Part shown: piece after piece, positions 11,164-22,896 of the stretch
Numbering within the stretch: the stretch's first letter is position 1
Layout: every line of letters starts with the position of its first letter
NCBI GenBank assembly: GCA_963700285.1
Contig: CAVOXA010000001.1
Coordinates: forward strand, 160,001 to 224,000
Length of the DNA: 64,000 nucleotides
From: an uncultured Chloroflexia bacterium
GTDB taxonomy: Bacteria > Chloroflexota > Anaerolineae > JAAYZQ01
Direction: 5' to 3'
Made by a program: the position numbers and the translations under genes
Notes under the pieces: model-generated
Databases searched by the model: none
What the model saw: the letters and a program-made list of their open reading frames with translations, nothing else
What the model was told of the DNA's origin: nothing

Positions 11164-12618
11164 CTACGGCTCCAACTTTTCCTCCAGCAGGGTTGTGACG
11201 ATTTTGGGGTTAGCCTTCCCCTGCGTGGCCCGCATTACCTGCCCCAGAAACCATTGCAGCAGAGTCTCTTTCCCATCCCGGTACCTGGCCACCTGTTCTG
11301 GATTGGCGGCAAGCACATCGTCGATGATTTCTCCCAACGCATCGTGGTCTGAAACCTGGGCCAAGCCCTTTTCTGTGACGATCTCGTCCGCAGACCGGCC
11401 CGTAGCAAGCATCTCACCCATCACTGCCTTGCCACTATTGGTGGTGATCGTCCCCCTTTCAACCAGGGCGACAAGCCCCACCAGCGCTGCGGGATCTACT
11501 GGCACCTGTCCAATTTCGGCATCCTCGGCTTTCAGCAAGCGAAACATCTCACCGATTATCCAGTTGCTCACTGTCTTTGGAGGAATGTCCCTGGCCAGGC
11601 CGGCAGCTACAGCTGTCTCAAAATAGACAGCCACATCGCGATCCTCCGTTAGAACTTTGGCGTCGGCCGGCGACAGTCCATATACAGACATGAAACGATC
11701 CCGCTTGGCATCTGGCAGTTCGGGTTGGGCTGCCCCGATCTCTTTGACCCACGCTCGTGGGATGCGCAGTGGTGGCAGGTCTGGCTCAGGAAAGTACCGG
11801 TAGTCGTCTGATTCTTCCTTGACGCGCTGTTCGACGGTACGTCCGCGCTGTTCGTCCCAGCCCATCGTCACCTGGTGGATCTCCCCTCCGCTGTCCTGCG
11901 TCCGGGCTTGGCGCTCGATCTCGTAGGCCAACGCCTGCTTGACCGACCGGAACGAGTTGAGGTTTTTCACCTCCACTTTGGTACCCAAGGCATCTGCGCC
12001 AGCTTGCCGGATCGAGACGTTGGGCTCGCAACGCATCGCCCCCTTTTCCATGTCCCCGGTAGATACGCCCAGATAACGCAGGATCGTGCGTAGTTTGGCC
12101 AAATACTGCCGCGCTTCCTCTGGCGTCCGGATGTCAGGCTCGGTGACAATCTCGATGAGGGGCAGACCAGCGCGGTTGAAATCCACCAGGCTGTGGTCTC
12201 CAACGTGGAACGATTTGGCGGTTTCCTCCTCCAGGTGTACCCGCCGGATGCCTATGTGCCTCATGGCGCCTTCTGGCCCATCCTGATTCTCGATTTCCAG
12301 CCACCCATCCTGGCAAAGGGGAAAATCGTACATGCTGATCTGGTAGGCCTTGGGCAGGTCGGGATAAAAGTAGTTCTTGCGGGAAAAAACAGCCGTTTCG
12401 GCAATCTGGCAGTTGAGGGCCAAGCCAACCATGATCGTCTGTTCGATGGCACGCTGGTTGAGAACAGGCAACACGCCCGGCATGCCCAGGCACACCGGAC
12501 AGACGTGGGTGTTCGGATCTGTGCCAAACACCCTGGCATCACAACTGCAAAAAAGCTTGGATTGGGTCAACAGTTGGGCATGGACCTCCATGCCTATGAT
12601 GGCTTCGTAGTTGGACAT
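11164..12618 (-). CDS. gatB: Asp/Glu-tRNA amidotransferase subunit B
   Basis: [39 protein letters not shown]; start MSNYEA at 12618. Confidence 0.96.
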   Translation of the reverse strand: MSNYEAIIGMEVHAQLLTQSKLFCSCDARVFGTDPNTHVCPVCLGMPGVLPVLNQRAIEQTIMVGLALNCQIAETAVFSRKNYFYPDLPKAYQISMYDFPLCQDGWLEIENQDGPEGAMRHIGIRRVHLEEETAKSFHVGDHSLVDFNRAGLPLIEIVTEPDIRTPEEARQYLAKLRTILRYLGVSTGDMEKGAMRCEPNVSIRQAGADALGTKVEVKNLNSFRSVKQALAYEIERQARTQDSGGEIHQVTMGWDEQRGRTVEQRVKEESDDYRYFPEPDLPPLRIPRAWVKEIGAAQPELPDAKRDRFMSVYGLSPADAKVLTEDRDVAVYFETAVAAGLARDIPPKTVSNWIIGEMFRLLKAEDAEIGQVPVDPAALVGLVALVERGTITTNSGKAVMGEMLATGRSADEIVTEKGLAQVSDHDALGEIIDDVLAANPEQVARYRDGKETLLQWFLGQVMRATQGKANPKIVTTLLEEKLEP

Positions 12619-12719
12619 AGGTAGCTCTTTTGTCAATCCTCTCAGTTGACCAAGACTCGGTGCCATTATAGCACATCTCCTCCAGGCCAACAACCTGATG
12701 GTGCACGACACCGGGTAGT

Positions 12720-12748
12720 TTGACCTTTTGATCCCTTTCGAGTATACT
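12720..12748 (+). promoter_or_regulatory. Sigma70 promoter of tRNA-Pro
   Basis: TTGACC-N17-TATACT ending 8 nt before the tRNA. Confidence 0.65.
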
Positions 12749-12756
12749 AGGCTGGA

Positions 12757-12833
<77 letters not shown>

Positions 12834-12868
12834 GTGGCCAGAGACAAGCTCCAAAAGTTAGGATCCAA

Positions 12869-12896
12869 AAAGGGAGGAGCTGGTGCCCCTCCCTTT
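12869..12896. terminator. Bidirectional terminator between tRNA-Pro and rpoB
   Basis: AAAGGGAGG...CCTCCCTTT. Confidence 0.7.
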
Positions 12897-12926
12897 GTCT
12901 TTCAGAATGCCAGGCATTGGGCGCGA

Positions 12927-15900
12927 TCAGATGTTCAGCATATCCAGGCCCAGCCCCAGGTCAGGCAAATGTTCTTCCTCTTGGTCCTTGCCAAAGTAAA
13001 GTCTCTCTTCCTCTTCGTCCAGAACCTCCACGGACAAGCCCAGTGATTGCAGCTCTTTGACCAGCACTCGGAACGACTCGGGCACGCCCGGCTCGACAAT
13101 TTCCTCACCCTTGACGATGGCCTCGTAGGTCTTGGTTCTGCCCGTCACATCATCGGACTTGACTGTCAGCATCTCCTGCAGTATGTGCGCTGCCCCGTAT
13201 GCCTCCAGCGCCCATACCTCCATCTCACCAAAGCGCTGACCACCAAACTGAGCCTTGCCGCCCAAGGGCTGTTGCGTCACCAGCGAGTAGGGTCCAGTAG
13301 ACCGGGCGTGGACCTTGTCTTCCACCAGGTGAGCCAACTTCATCATCGAGATCACGCCAACCGTCACCGGCTGGTCAAAAGGTTCGCCAGTTTTGCCATC
13401 GTAGAGGATCATCTTGCCGGTCGTGGGCATCGGGTAACCGGTCTGCAGGCTGAGCTGGATCGCCATCGCCTGCATATCCTCGTCGGATTCAGGGACCGGC
13501 GGTCCATCGCTGGTCCAGGGCCGGCCCTCTCCCTCGAGCTTTTCCTGCATGGCAATGAGCCATTCTCTCAGGCAAACGATCCGCGCTCGTTCCTGTCTCC
13601 TGGTACGCTCGCTCATTGGCGAGTGTTCAAAGCTAAAGGCTATGAGCTGGTCCGGATCATAGCCTCGCTCTCGCAGCCACTCCAACAAGACGATCTGGCG
13701 GGCGTAGACGTGATCCCGGATCAGTCTTTCTTCGTCATAGGACCCGCCGCTCAACCAGTCGAGCAGGTAGAAGCCCAGTACTTCCTCTTCGGTCACATCC
13801 TCGGGCTCGATCTCCATCTCTCTGGCCCAGGTCCAGGCCCGTTCGGTAAACACCTCCCAGGCCCGCTCCAACAGCCACGCGCGCGACAGCTCCGCCTGGA
13901 TCTCTATTTCGTCAGCGCCGTCAAAGACGGGCGAAATCGCCTTGAATCCCAAACGATTAGCGGCCCAACCCAGATGCGTTTCCAAGATCTGACCGATGTT
14001 CATGCGAGCCGGTACGCCCAATGGATTGAGGATCAACTCAACCGGCGTCCCATCAGCCATGTAGGGCACATCCTCAATGGGAACGACCTGGCTGATAACC
14101 CCCTTGTTTCCGTGACGGCCGGCCATCTTGTCACCCTCAGTCAACTTGCGGCGCTGGGCAACCATCACCCGTACCGTCTGCTCTACACCGGCTTTCATGT
14201 CCCGGTGCTCCTCACGCGTGAACTCTTTGACGTCGACTACGATCCCGTGTTCCCCGTGGGGCAAGCGCAAGCTGGAATCCTTGACCTCGCGCGCCTTCTC
14301 ACCGAAAATGGCCCGAAGGAGTTTTTCTTCGGGTGTTAGCTCTGTCTCACCCTTGGGTGTGATCTTGCCCACCAGGACGTCGCCCGGTCCCACCTCGGCG
14401 CCCGTGCGGATAACACCCGTCTCATCCAGATCCTTTAAGGCATCTTCTCCCACATTTGGGATATCACGGGTGATCTCTTCTGGGCCGAGTTTGGTGTCGC
14501 GCGCCTCGATCTCGTGCTTTTCGATGTGGATGGAGGTAAACTTGTCATCACGGACCACCTGCTCACTTACCAGGACTGCATCCTCGTAATTGCCTCCTTC
14601 CCAACTCATAAAGGCCACGAGCACGTTCTGGCCCAACGCCAGCTCACCCATTTCGGTAGACGACGAGTCAGCCAGAACGTCACCGGTCTCGACTCTCTGC
14701 CCCCTGTGCACAATAGGTTTCTGATCCAGGCAGGTGCTCTGGTTGGTGCGTTGGAACCGTCGCAGATTGTAGACTCGGCGGCCGTTTTCTCCCTGAACCA
14801 CAACATCATCACCCGTGATGCTGACAACCTCACCAGGCTCTTCAGCAATGACGATCTGTCCCGAGTCGATAGCAACCTGCGATTCGATGCCGGTGCCCAC
14901 CAGGGGTGCTTCTGGCTGGACCAAGGGTACGGCTTGGCGCTGCATATTAGATCCCATTAGGGCACGGTTGGCATCGTCGTGCTCCAGGAAAGGGATGAGT
15001 GCAGCCGTGACGCCCACGATCTGTTTGGGCGACACGTCCATATAATCCACCTTGATTGCCGATTCTTCCAAGAACTCTTGCATGCGCCGCACTGACACCC
15101 GGTCTTTGACGAATTGCCCCTGCTCGTCCAGTTCTGCGTTGGCCTGGGCAATGGTGAATTGGTCCTCTTCATCAGCCGGCAGATAGATGATCTGGTTGAT
15201 GGCCATCGGCCGGATCTTGATCTCTGGCACCCGGTCCGTTAGAGCTTCCAAGCGCTTTGCGGTCGCTTCATCCACCTGCTGGTTGGCCTCGGCAATGACC
15301 TCACCGCTATCGGGATCGACATACCGCTCCCGGATTGTCTTGCCCACCACCCTGTCCATCCGGTTGGGTACAGAGTGAATCACCTTGCGATAGGGGGTTT
15401 CGATGAAGCCAAAATCGTTGATCCGGCCGTAGGTGCCCAGCGAACCAATGAGTCCAATATTGGGTCCTTCAGGTGTCTCAATGGGACAAATGCGGCCATA
15501 GTGGGAGTGGTGCACATCACGCACGTCAAAGCCTGCCCGCTCGCGCCGCAAGCCGCCAGGTCCCAGAGCACTGAGCCGCCGTTTGTGGGTCAGTTCGTCA
15601 AGCGGATTCGTCTGCTGCATGAACTGCGAAAGCTGGCTGCCACCAAAGAATTCTCGCGTGGACGCCACAACAGGGCGGACATTGACGAGCGAGATGGGCG
15701 TCATCTGCTCGGGCTCGCGGATGCTCATGCGCTCACGTACCACGCGCTCCATGCGCAAGAGACCGATACGCAACTGATTTTGGATCAGCTCGCCCATAGT
15801 CTTGACGCGGCGGTTGCCCAGATGATCGATATCATCTGGTCCCTCGATCCCATTGTTCACCTGGATCACTCGCTCGACGACCCGGACCAAGTCCTCTGGC

Positions 15901-16808
15901 GTAAGGGTACGCGTCTGCAATGGAACTTCGAGACCCAGACGCTTGTTCAGCTTGTGGCGCCCCACCCGTCCCAGGTCGTAGCGGCGAGCGGTAAACAGCA
16001 ACGACTGCATAAAGCTCTTGGCATTGTCGAGTGTAGGTGGATCGCCTGGCCGTAGCTTTTTGTAAAAGTCGACCAAGGCTTCGTCGGTTGTTTTGGTCGG
16101 ATCCTTTTCAATCGTTGCCTGGATGTAGGGATGCTCGGGCATGATATCGGCCTTCTCAAAAAGGCTGTACAGTTCTTCATCGGTGCCATAACCCACAGCG
16201 CGCAGCAGGATTGTAACCGGCAACCTGCGCTTGCGATCTACCTTGACCGACAGGACATCTCGCTTGGCCGTCTCAAACTCCAACCAGGCCCCCCGATTGG
16301 GGATAAGCTTGGCCATGCACATCTCTCGTCCCGTGATACGGTCCTCCTCGACCGTGTAGTATATGCCAGGCGACCGGATAAGCTGGCTGACCACGACGCG
16401 CTCTGCCCCGTTAATGATAAAAGTCCCGTTTGCGGTCATCAACGGAAAGTCGCCCATAAAGACATCCTGGGTCGTCCATTCGTCACTATCTTTGTTCCAT
16501 AGGGCTACCCGGACGTACAATGGAGCAGCATAGGTCATGTCGCGGTCAAGACAGTCCTGCTGTGTATACTTGGGTTCCTCAAAACGATAGTCCAGCCCAA
16601 GCTTCTCATTGATCTCCTCGTTCAGCCCTGGCAGATGAAGCTCCAAGTTTCCATTAAAGCTCTCAATCGGCGAAATCTCGTCAAAGAGCTCCTGCAGGCC
16701 CTCTGTCTGAAACCAGCGGTAAGACTCTAACTGGACCTGGATCAGATGTGGTAGGGGTAGAATATCAGGAATACGCGCGTACGACTTGCGTCGCAATCGG
16801 TTAGGCAT
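12927..16808 (-). CDS. rpoB: RNA polymerase beta subunit
   Basis: [50 protein letters not shown]. Confidence 0.98.
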   Translation of the reverse strand: MPNRLRRKSYARIPDILPLPHLIQVQLESYRWFQTEGLQELFDEISPIESFNGNLELHLPGLNEEINEKLGLDYRFEEPKYTQQDCLDRDMTYAAPLYVRVALWNKDSDEWTTQDVFMGDFPLMTANGTFIINGAERVVVSQLIRSPGIYYTVEEDRITGREMCMAKLIPNRGAWLEFETAKRDVLSVKVDRKRRLPVTILLRAVGYGTDEELYSLFEKADIMPEHPYIQATIEKDPTKTTDEALVDFYKKLRPGDPPTLDNAKSFMQSLLFTARRYDLGRVGRHKLNKRLGLEVPLQTRTLTPEDLVRVVERVIQVNNGIEGPDDIDHLGNRRVKTMGELIQNQLRIGLLRMERVVRERMSIREPEQMTPISLVNVRPVVASTREFFGGSQLSQFMQQTNPLDELTHKRRLSALGPGGLRRERAGFDVRDVHHSHYGRICPIETPEGPNIGLIGSLGTYGRINDFGFIETPYRKVIHSVPNRMDRVVGKTIRERYVDPDSGEVIAEANQQVDEATAKRLEALTDRVPEIKIRPMAINQIIYLPADEEDQFTIAQANAELDEQGQFVKDRVSVRRMQEFLEESAIKVDYMDVSPKQIVGVTAALIPFLEHDDANRALMGSNMQRQAVPLVQPEAPLVGTGIESQVAIDSGQIVIAEEPGEVVSITGDDVVVQGENGRRVYNLRRFQRTNQSTCLDQKPIVHRGQRVETGDVLADSSSTEMGELALGQNVLVAFMSWEGGNYEDAVLVSEQVVRDDKFTSIHIEKHEIEARDTKLGPEEITRDIPNVGEDALKDLDETGVIRTGAEVGPGDVLVGKITPKGETELTPEEKLLRAIFGEKAREVKDSSLRLPHGEHGIVVDVKEFTREEHRDMKAGVEQTVRVMVAQRRKLTEGDKMAGRHGNKGVISQVVPIEDVPYMADGTPVELILNPLGVPARMNIGQILETHLGWAANRLGFKAISPVFDGADEIEIQAELSRAWLLERAWEVFTERAWTWAREMEIEPEDVTEEEVLGFYLLDWLSGGSYDEERLIRDHVYARQIVLLEWLRERGYDPDQLIAFSFEHSPMSERTRRQERARIVCLREWLIAMQEKLEGEGRPWTSDGPPVPESDEDMQAMAIQLSLQTGYPMPTTGKMILYDGKTGEPFDQPVTVGVISMMKLAHLVEDKVHARSTGPYSLVTQQPLGGKAQFGGQRFGEMEVWALEAYGAAHILQEMLTVKSDDVTGRTKTYEAIVKGEEIVEPGVPESFRVLVKELQSLGLSVEVLDEEEERLYFGKDQEEEHLPDLGLGLDMLNI

Positions 16809-17004
16809 TCGTTACACTCCTTGGCAATTGGCCAGACAAAGACTTGTGAGTCTTCCTGGCTCTGAGTCGGCAAGTGCGCCCGAGGCCGGAAAAGGGGAGA
16901 CTGCCCGGCCAGTGAGGCAAGGACAATTACTGGATTCTGGCATCAAAATTCAACTCATAAAGGCGCATAAAACCATCCGCGGTCGACAGAAACCGCAAAT
17001 GAAC

Positions 17005-17033
17005 ATTATATTCAGGGGGTTACTATTTGTCAA
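17005..17033 (-). promoter_or_regulatory. Consensus sigma70 promoter of rpoB
   Basis: Minus strand TTGACA-N17-TATAAT, about 200 nt upstream of the rpoB start. Confidence 0.75.
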
Positions 17034-17083
17034 ATTGCAGGCAGGGGATGAACAAACTCCGAGGCTTTTGTGGTGGGTAAGAT

Positions 17084-18274
17084 TTAGACAGCGACATTAG
17101 CCATTGCCCCATGTCCTAAACCCCAGAGCACCCGGTACAGATTCAGGGCCGCCCCCGCGTCAGCTACAGAAAACAACATGACCATCACCAGGACAACGAT
17201 GGCAACCAGGATAACGACCAGGGCAACCTTGATCCAGCTAATCGGCGCCTGACCCTGTACCTCACCTGTCTGGCCGTTTACCAAAAAGTGGTACACCTTG
17301 TCCCGATAGCGGTAGGAGGCAATCCACACCGGAAAGAGCACGTGTTTGTAGGTCATGTTGGAAAAAGCGGTATCCACGTGCAGGTTGCGCTGGGTGTCAC
17401 CAGGCACCTGGCGCGCGCACGCTTCCCAGACCTCTCTCTCAATGATCTCTTGTCCCGTCTTCCATGCCTCCCTGAGATCTACGGTGTAGGCTTCCGCACC
17501 CCATCCGGATAGGAATCCTGGATCATAGGGCACCAAGGACTTGGTATCAAAGGGGTAGATGTGCTCGACCATGTCCCGCTCGATGCTAGTCGTAGCGGGC
17601 ACAAGCACTTCATCAAAGGAGAGGGGCAGAAAGCCTGAAGTTGGCTCCCAGCGGACCCTCTGGACCTGCCGGGTACGGTGTTCTTGATTGCCACGCTCGT
17701 CAGTCGCCCAATAGCTTTCGGTCTCGTAATAATAGTAGCCTGCGTCAGCCCGCCAGTGCGAAGAGGCATAGGCATCAAAGGTCCAAAAGGGAAGGTACAC
17801 CCCTTGAACTCCAGCCCGGGCATCCTTGGCGATCTTTTTCACCCGATTTGGCCGGAAGAAGCCTCTTCCTAGCCACTGGCGGAAGAGGGCTACAGCCCCA
17901 TCCTGGTCCACTTGGAAGGGAAGCAGCGATTCAGGTTTGATCACCTGGGCCACCTGCTCCTGGGATACTACCTGGTTCGAGCCGCAAAAGGCACACTCGG
18001 TGGAGATGACGTTGGCATCCAGAGTATTCACCGCACCGCAGCTCTCGCATTTGATGGAGCGCTTGTCCTCGCCATAGCCTGTTTCATGGGGGGCAGCGAC
18101 CATCTCCTGGAGGGCAGCCTCCAGGTCGTACTCTAGGATCTCTTGTTCGGTAACGGGAACGGGCGTGGTGTGACCGCAGTAGGCACAGACCAGGGCGCCC
18201 TGCTCTGCGTCAAAGTCGATCTCTGCCCCGCACTTGGGACAGGGAAACTTTTTCACCAGTTCTCCCGACGTCAT
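17084..18274 (-). CDS. Multi-zinc-ribbon membrane protein of unknown function
   Basis: CPKC/CAYC/CESC/CAFC, GVYLPFWTFD, VNGQTGEVQG, C-terminal TM helix. Confidence 0.75.
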   Translation of the reverse strand: MTSGELVKKFPCPKCGAEIDFDAEQGALVCAYCGHTTPVPVTEQEILEYDLEAALQEMVAAPHETGYGEDKRSIKCESCGAVNTLDANVISTECAFCGSNQVVSQEQVAQVIKPESLLPFQVDQDGAVALFRQWLGRGFFRPNRVKKIAKDARAGVQGVYLPFWTFDAYASSHWRADAGYYYYETESYWATDERGNQEHRTRQVQRVRWEPTSGFLPLSFDEVLVPATTSIERDMVEHIYPFDTKSLVPYDPGFLSGWGAEAYTVDLREAWKTGQEIIEREVWEACARQVPGDTQRNLHVDTAFSNMTYKHVLFPVWIASYRYRDKVYHFLVNGQTGEVQGQAPISWIKVALVVILVAIVVLVMVMLFSVADAGAALNLYRVLWGLGHGAMANVAV

Positions 18275-18461
18275 TCTACCTCCATCTGACATGTTCACCC
18301 AGCCCGATTTTACCATATCAAGTGCAAAAGGACAATTGCCCAGAGGAGTGGGCCTCTATGCCGGATCCGTTCCATGCACCAGCCAACCCTGAGAAATTTT
18401 GGCCATTGAAAACATCTTTACCCATTCGCTCCCAACCCGATCCCAGGGACAGATCCAATCT

Positions 18462-18490
18462 TTGACACCCATCCCTGCATCAGGTACAAT
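18462..18490 (+). promoter_or_regulatory. Sigma70 promoter of radC operon
   Basis: TTGACA-N17-TACAAT. Confidence 0.6.
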
Positions 18491-18547
18491 GAATGACAAG
18501 ATGTGCTGGCCCTCGTCCTGAACTGGAGCAGACAAGGAGACAGAATC

Positions 18548-19252
18548 ATGAGCGCCGAGGCTGGATACCACCCCACTATCATGGAACTACCCAGCAATGA
18601 ACGTCCTCGCGAACGCCTGCTTAACTACGGGGCCAATGCAGTCTCTAACGCCGAACTGCTGGCCATCATTCTTCGGGTTGGCGCCCCTGACCAAAATGTA
18701 ATCCTTGTAGCGCAGGCGCTCCTGTCGAGATTCGGCAGCTTGACCGGTATAGCGAAGGCGAGCACAGCAGAGCTTGCGGAAACAAGGGGCGTAGGCACGG
18801 CCAAGGTGGCCCAACTCAAGGCTGCGCTGGAATTAGGCCGGCGGTTGTTGATTGAATCACCCGATGAGCGCCCTCAGATCCGTTCTCCAGCCGATGCCGC
18901 CAACCTGGTGATGTCCGATATGGGCTTGCTGGAACAGGAGCATCTGCGCACAATGCTGCTGGATACCAAGAATCGCGTGCTGGAAACAACGACTGTCTAC
19001 CAGGGCTCATTGAACACCAGCCTGATCCGGGTAGGAGAGCTGTTTCGGGCAGCCATCCGCGCCAACTGTGCCTCGCTCATCGTCCTGCACAACCATCCTT
19101 CCGGCGATCCAACTCCTAGCCCGGAGGATGTGGCCGTCACCAGGCAGATCGTTGAAGCAGGAAAACTTCTGGACGTGGAAGTGCTGGACCACCTGATCAT
19201 CGGCCGGCAACGATTTGTGAGTCTGAAAGAACGGGGACTAGGATTTGGATAA
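18548..19252 (+). CDS. radC: RadC/UPF0758 JAB-domain protein
   Basis: [35 protein letters not shown]. Confidence 0.93.
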   Translation: MSAEAGYHPTIMELPSNERPRERLLNYGANAVSNAELLAIILRVGAPDQNVILVAQALLSRFGSLTGIAKASTAELAETRGVGTAKVAQLKAALELGRRLLIESPDERPQIRSPADAANLVMSDMGLLEQEHLRTMLLDTKNRVLETTTVYQGSLNTSLIRVGELFRAAIRANCASLIVLHNHPSGDPTPSPEDVAVTRQIVEAGKLLDVEVLDHLIIGRQRFVSLKERGLGFG

Positions 19253-19946
19253 TGGGTTAGCCCATACAGCGGCCTTTTTCGATTTCGACGGTACACTCTA
19301 TGACGGCCACATCTGGCAGGATCTGGCGCGGCACCACTGGAGCACCAGGCGCCATCGCCGCTGGGTCATGGCCTACGTGGCCCGCAACATGGCTCCCTTC
19401 CCTCTCTACAAGTTGGGGCTCCTAAGCCAGGTGGATTTCTATCGTACCTGGGGCGAAACCATGGCCTGGCTGCTGCGCGGCTGGTCTGTCGATGAGGGCC
19501 TGGCCCTCTTTGAGCGCCTGACCGACGAGCAGGTCATCCCTAGCCTACACGAGCAGGTGCTAGACCTCGTCCGCCAACATCAGAGCCAGGGCCATCTGGT
19601 TGCCCTGGTATCGGGCCTCTTTACTCCCTGGCTGGAGACGGTTGCCCAGCGATTGGAGATCGCCCACGCCATTGGCACGCCACTGGAAGTGCGCGATGGA
19701 CACTATACGGGTCGTACCCTTCGCCCCTTGTGCCAGGGTCCCGGCAAATTTGAGAGGGCAGAAACCTATCTCACCCAACGGGACCTGCCAGTGAACTGGG
19801 TGGCCAGCTTTGCCTATGGCGACAGTGGAACAGACGTCGCCCTGTTGAGCCGGGTTGGCCGTCCTGTAGCTGTGTACCCCGACGAGAAGCTGCTGGCTGA
19901 AGCCAAGGTTCAAGGTTGGCCAGTGCTGGGAGAGGATGGCTTGTGA
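19245..19946 (+). CDS. HAD-IB family hydrolase
   Basis: [21 protein letters not shown]. Confidence 0.85.
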   Translation: MDNGLAHTAAFFDFDGTLYDGHIWQDLARHHWSTRRHRRWVMAYVARNMAPFPLYKLGLLSQVDFYRTWGETMAWLLRGWSVDEGLALFERLTDEQVIPSLHEQVLDLVRQHQSQGHLVALVSGLFTPWLETVAQRLEIAHAIGTPLEVRDGHYTGRTLRPLCQGPGKFERAETYLTQRDLPVNWVASFAYGDSGTDVALLSRVGRPVAVYPDEKLLAEAKVQGWPVLGEDGL

Positions 19947-20122
19947 AACGTCGTCGTGACTTGATCGTAACGAATATAGTGGCTCTGATGGTGCTGGTTG
20001 TGGCCTTGCTGGCTGGCTGGCAGGAAGCGGCGGTCTTTGGCCTGGCCCTGCTGGTGGTATTGAACTTGATCGTACTCATCAGAGAGCATCAAGCCCGTTC
20101 GGAGGATGATCCAGAAGAATGA
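19943..20122 (+). CDS. Small two-TM membrane protein
   Basis: GTG start overlapping the HAD stop; two hydrophobic helices. Confidence 0.6.
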   Translation: MKRRRDLIVTNIVALMVLVVALLAGWQEAAVFGLALLVVLNLIVLIREHQARSEDDPEE

Positions 20123-21128
20123 CGACGATCAGACAATGACCAAGACAAAGCTACCGGCCAGCATGCTGGAGATCCGACGCCTGTTCGATGCCCTCGACTG
20201 GACGGACTTGACCCGACAGGTTGAGGCGGAGGCGCGTACCCGGGTGGCCATCGTGGGTCCAGTCAACTCGGGCAAGTCCACCCTGTTCAATACGCTCAAG
20301 GGCCGTGAGGTCTCGGCCGTGGCAGCTGTGCCAGGCACCACTCGGGAGCTGCTCCACGAACAATGGGAACCCTTTACCCTCACTGACACCCCAGGCTTTG
20401 GCGAGGTGGGTGGCGTGGACCGGGCAGATATCGCCCTGGATGCAGTCCAGGCTGCTGACGTCATCGTCCTGGTACTGGATGCCGTCGCCGGGGTACGTCA
20501 AGCCGACCATAGCCTGCTCCAGCAACTCAAATCCACGGAAAAACCAGTGGTCGTAGCCCTAAACAAGATCGACTTGTTAGGGGATGCCCGGGAAGCCGTG
20601 GCCGATGATGCTCGCCGGAAACTGGGAGAGCCGGCTTTGGTCCCCATTTCGGCCAAACGGGGGACCAACGTAGCCACGCTGCTTCTGCCCCGGATCGTCG
20701 ATGCCCACCCATCTTTGGTGGTGGCTCTTGGGTGTGCCCTGCCGGGTTACCGCCGGCAGGCCGCCAGCCGCATCATCCGCAATGCCTCACTGCTCAACGC
20801 CCTCGTGGGCTCAGAACCGATCCCAGGGCTGGCCATCCCCTTCCTGTTGGCGATCCAGGCGCGGATGGTCCTGCGGATTGCGGCTATCTACGGCGAGCCC
20901 ATGGGTGTCGAACATGCCAAGACGCTTGTGGCCACCATTGCCGGTGGGTTGAGCCTGCGCTACCTGGCCATCGCCGGGGCAAAGTTCGTCCCCGGTCCCG
21001 GCTGGGTCGTAGCCGGAGCGATTGCAGGGATAGGTACCTGGGGCATTGGCCAGGCAGCCGTCCGCTATTTTCAGCGCAGCGAAGCTCCGAGGCAAGAAAT
21101 GGTACCCCTTCTTGCCGAGATCTCATAA
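20106..21128 (+). CDS. Era-like GTPase with C-terminal DUF697/YcjF-like membrane domain (start may be 20136)
   Basis: GPVNSGKST, PGTT, DTPG, NKID, ISA; hydrophobic C-terminus PIPG..Q..M..IA.IYG. Confidence 0.75.
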   Translation: MIQKNDDDQTMTKTKLPASMLEIRRLFDALDWTDLTRQVEAEARTRVAIVGPVNSGKSTLFNTLKGREVSAVAAVPGTTRELLHEQWEPFTLTDTPGFGEVGGVDRADIALDAVQAADVIVLVLDAVAGVRQADHSLLQQLKSTEKPVVVALNKIDLLGDAREAVADDARRKLGEPALVPISAKRGTNVATLLLPRIVDAHPSLVVALGCALPGYRRQAASRIIRNASLLNALVGSEPIPGLAIPFLLAIQARMVLRIAAIYGEPMGVEHAKTLVATIAGGLSLRYLAIAGAKFVPGPGWVVAGAIAGIGTWGIGQAAVRYFQRSEAPRQEMVPLLAEIS

Positions 21129-21216
21129 CAGTGCCTCGATGGCTGGGTACGACAGGCAGCAAGAGGCCGCAAGACAGAAGCGCCAAAGAGGCATACGGAT
21201 CAGGAAAGCAGGAACC

Positions 21217-21435
21217 ATGAGCCACGAATTGCCAGAGCTATGTTATAAAGAGGTCTATGCAGCCTATGAGGCCGGGCAAAAGCTTCATTTGGACGGCCGA
21301 ACGTATCTGGTACGCTCTGTGCCAAGGAATGCAGGGGAAGGACCGGTGCTGTGGGTGACGGATGAACGTACCTTGGGCGACTACGGTCTGCTCCTGTTTC
21401 CGGACGGAAGGGTAGAGGCAAAGCAGGTCAGGTAA
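21217..21435 (+). CDS. Hypothetical protein (72 aa)
   Basis: AGGA RBS before ATG 21217; globular-looking composition. Confidence 0.55.
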   Translation: MSHELPELCYKEVYAAYEAGQKLHLDGRTYLVRSVPRNAGEGPVLWVTDERTLGDYGLLLFPDGRVEAKQVR

Positions 21436-21580
21436 CCGTCCGAAAGGAGTCGTTTTCAAGTCCTTGACTGTACCCTTGAATGTGTTAGAATGGTACCAGA
21501 AGTCGCCACCGAATGAAGGCCCATTTGTGCTCAGCCGCAGAGTGGGTTGGGATCAACGGCTGGTATAGAAGGACGGCGCC

Positions 21581-22819
21581 ATGAAAAAACTCGTAGGACA
21601 GCTCAAAGCCGGCTACAAGGCGCTACAGCTCGAAGCGCAGGAACAGGGTATTGTCGTGTACAGCGGTCAGGAGCCTGGTACAAAGCAGACTGTAGCCATC
21701 AAGGTCTTGCCCCATCTATTGGGCAGTGATCCGCAGATTGCCGCCCGCTTCCGGGATCTGGCCCAGGGCATCCGCCAGCTCAATCACCCCAACATCACGT
21801 CCATCCACAAAGTAGGCGAAGAGTCGGGCCTGCCCTATCTCGTCACCCGGGCGCTGGAAAAGGGTCACTCCCTGGCCACCAGATTGGACCAACCCTGGGC
21901 CGTCGACGCAGCCGCTGACGTTGTGATGCAGGTGGGCCAGGCACTCGATCACGCCTACCGCAAGGGCGTCACCCACGGATCGCTCTCACCGGAAAAGATT
22001 GTGGTGCAGGATGATGGCCGGGTGCAGGTTGACGATCTTGGCCTGGCTGAACTGCAGAGGCTCGTGGGCGCGCAGATCGACGAGCCGGTATCTCCGTACC
22101 TGGCTCCAGAACGCGCTGCTGGCCAGGCGCCCGATGCTCAGGGCGACGTTTATGCCCTCGGCGCAGTACTCTATAACCTGCTTGCCAAGCGGAATCCCCA
22201 GGTGGTCCAGGGACAGGTCCTGCCTCCCAGCCGCTTCAATTCCGAGGTTCCACCTGCGATGGACGCCGTGGTTGTCAAAGCCCTGGCTAGCGACCCTCAG
22301 GCGCGCTATCCCGATGCCAGGTCATTTCTGGCTGCATTGGGGGCGGTTACACTGGCGCCAATGGTCAAGCCTCGGGCCTCAGGGAAAAGCGCCCCCTGTC
22401 CCCAGTGCGGAGCCGAGGGCCAGACCGGTCGCTACTGCCGCAAGTGCGGCGCTCAGTTGGAACAAGCGGGCTCGATCCTGGACGAACCAATCCAGATCAC
22501 CAAAATCGACGTAGGACACGTGGAGGTGGGCAAGGGAGTAGAAATGCACCCGGAGATCATTGCTCACCCGATGCCCGTTGCCAGTGGCGGTCTCACTGAC
22601 CTGTTTCCGAAGCCATTGGAGATGCCCGAATTGGACTATACCAGTCTGTGGCCAACCACGAGTGGCCAGGGCCAGGAACCCAAAGAGCAAGGTTCGTCGG
22701 GAGATACTGCATCCGTGATTGCCATGCCGGAGCCACCAGCCATGCCTATCATCGACTGGGCCGAAGTTGCCCCGCCCATGCCCGACGTACCCGTCATCGA
22801 GGATGGGGGGATAGGCTAG
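21581..22819 (+). CDS. Ser/Thr kinase-like protein (probable pseudokinase) with zinc ribbon and Pro-rich tail
   Basis: VAIK, HPNI, YLAPE and DVYALG retained; catalytic loop reads HGSLSPEK, DFG reads DLG; CPQC..YCRKC. Confidence 0.8.
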   Translation: MKKLVGQLKAGYKALQLEAQEQGIVVYSGQEPGTKQTVAIKVLPHLLGSDPQIAARFRDLAQGIRQLNHPNITSIHKVGEESGLPYLVTRALEKGHSLATRLDQPWAVDAAADVVMQVGQALDHAYRKGVTHGSLSPEKIVVQDDGRVQVDDLGLAELQRLVGAQIDEPVSPYLAPERAAGQAPDAQGDVYALGAVLYNLLAKRNPQVVQGQVLPPSRFNSEVPPAMDAVVVKALASDPQARYPDARSFLAALGAVTLAPMVKPRASGKSAPCPQCGAEGQTGRYCRKCGAQLEQAGSILDEPIQITKIDVGHVEVGKGVEMHPEIIAHPMPVASGGLTDLFPKPLEMPELDYTSLWPTTSGQGQEPKEQGSSGDTASVIAMPEPPAMPIIDWAEVAPPMPDVPVIEDGGIG

Positions 22820-22896
22820 GGTACTGGGAATAAGCCTCCAACGGGGCAATTGTGGTATACTAGCCTGGCCGGGAGTGTCAGATCGGAGAATATACC

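Noticed and set aside
11164-12618. gatB without gatC/gatA
   Set aside because: Split gat genes are common in many lineages
18548-19252. radC as a mobile-element marker
   Set aside because: Full-length chromosomal type with N-terminal helical domain, in a housekeeping context
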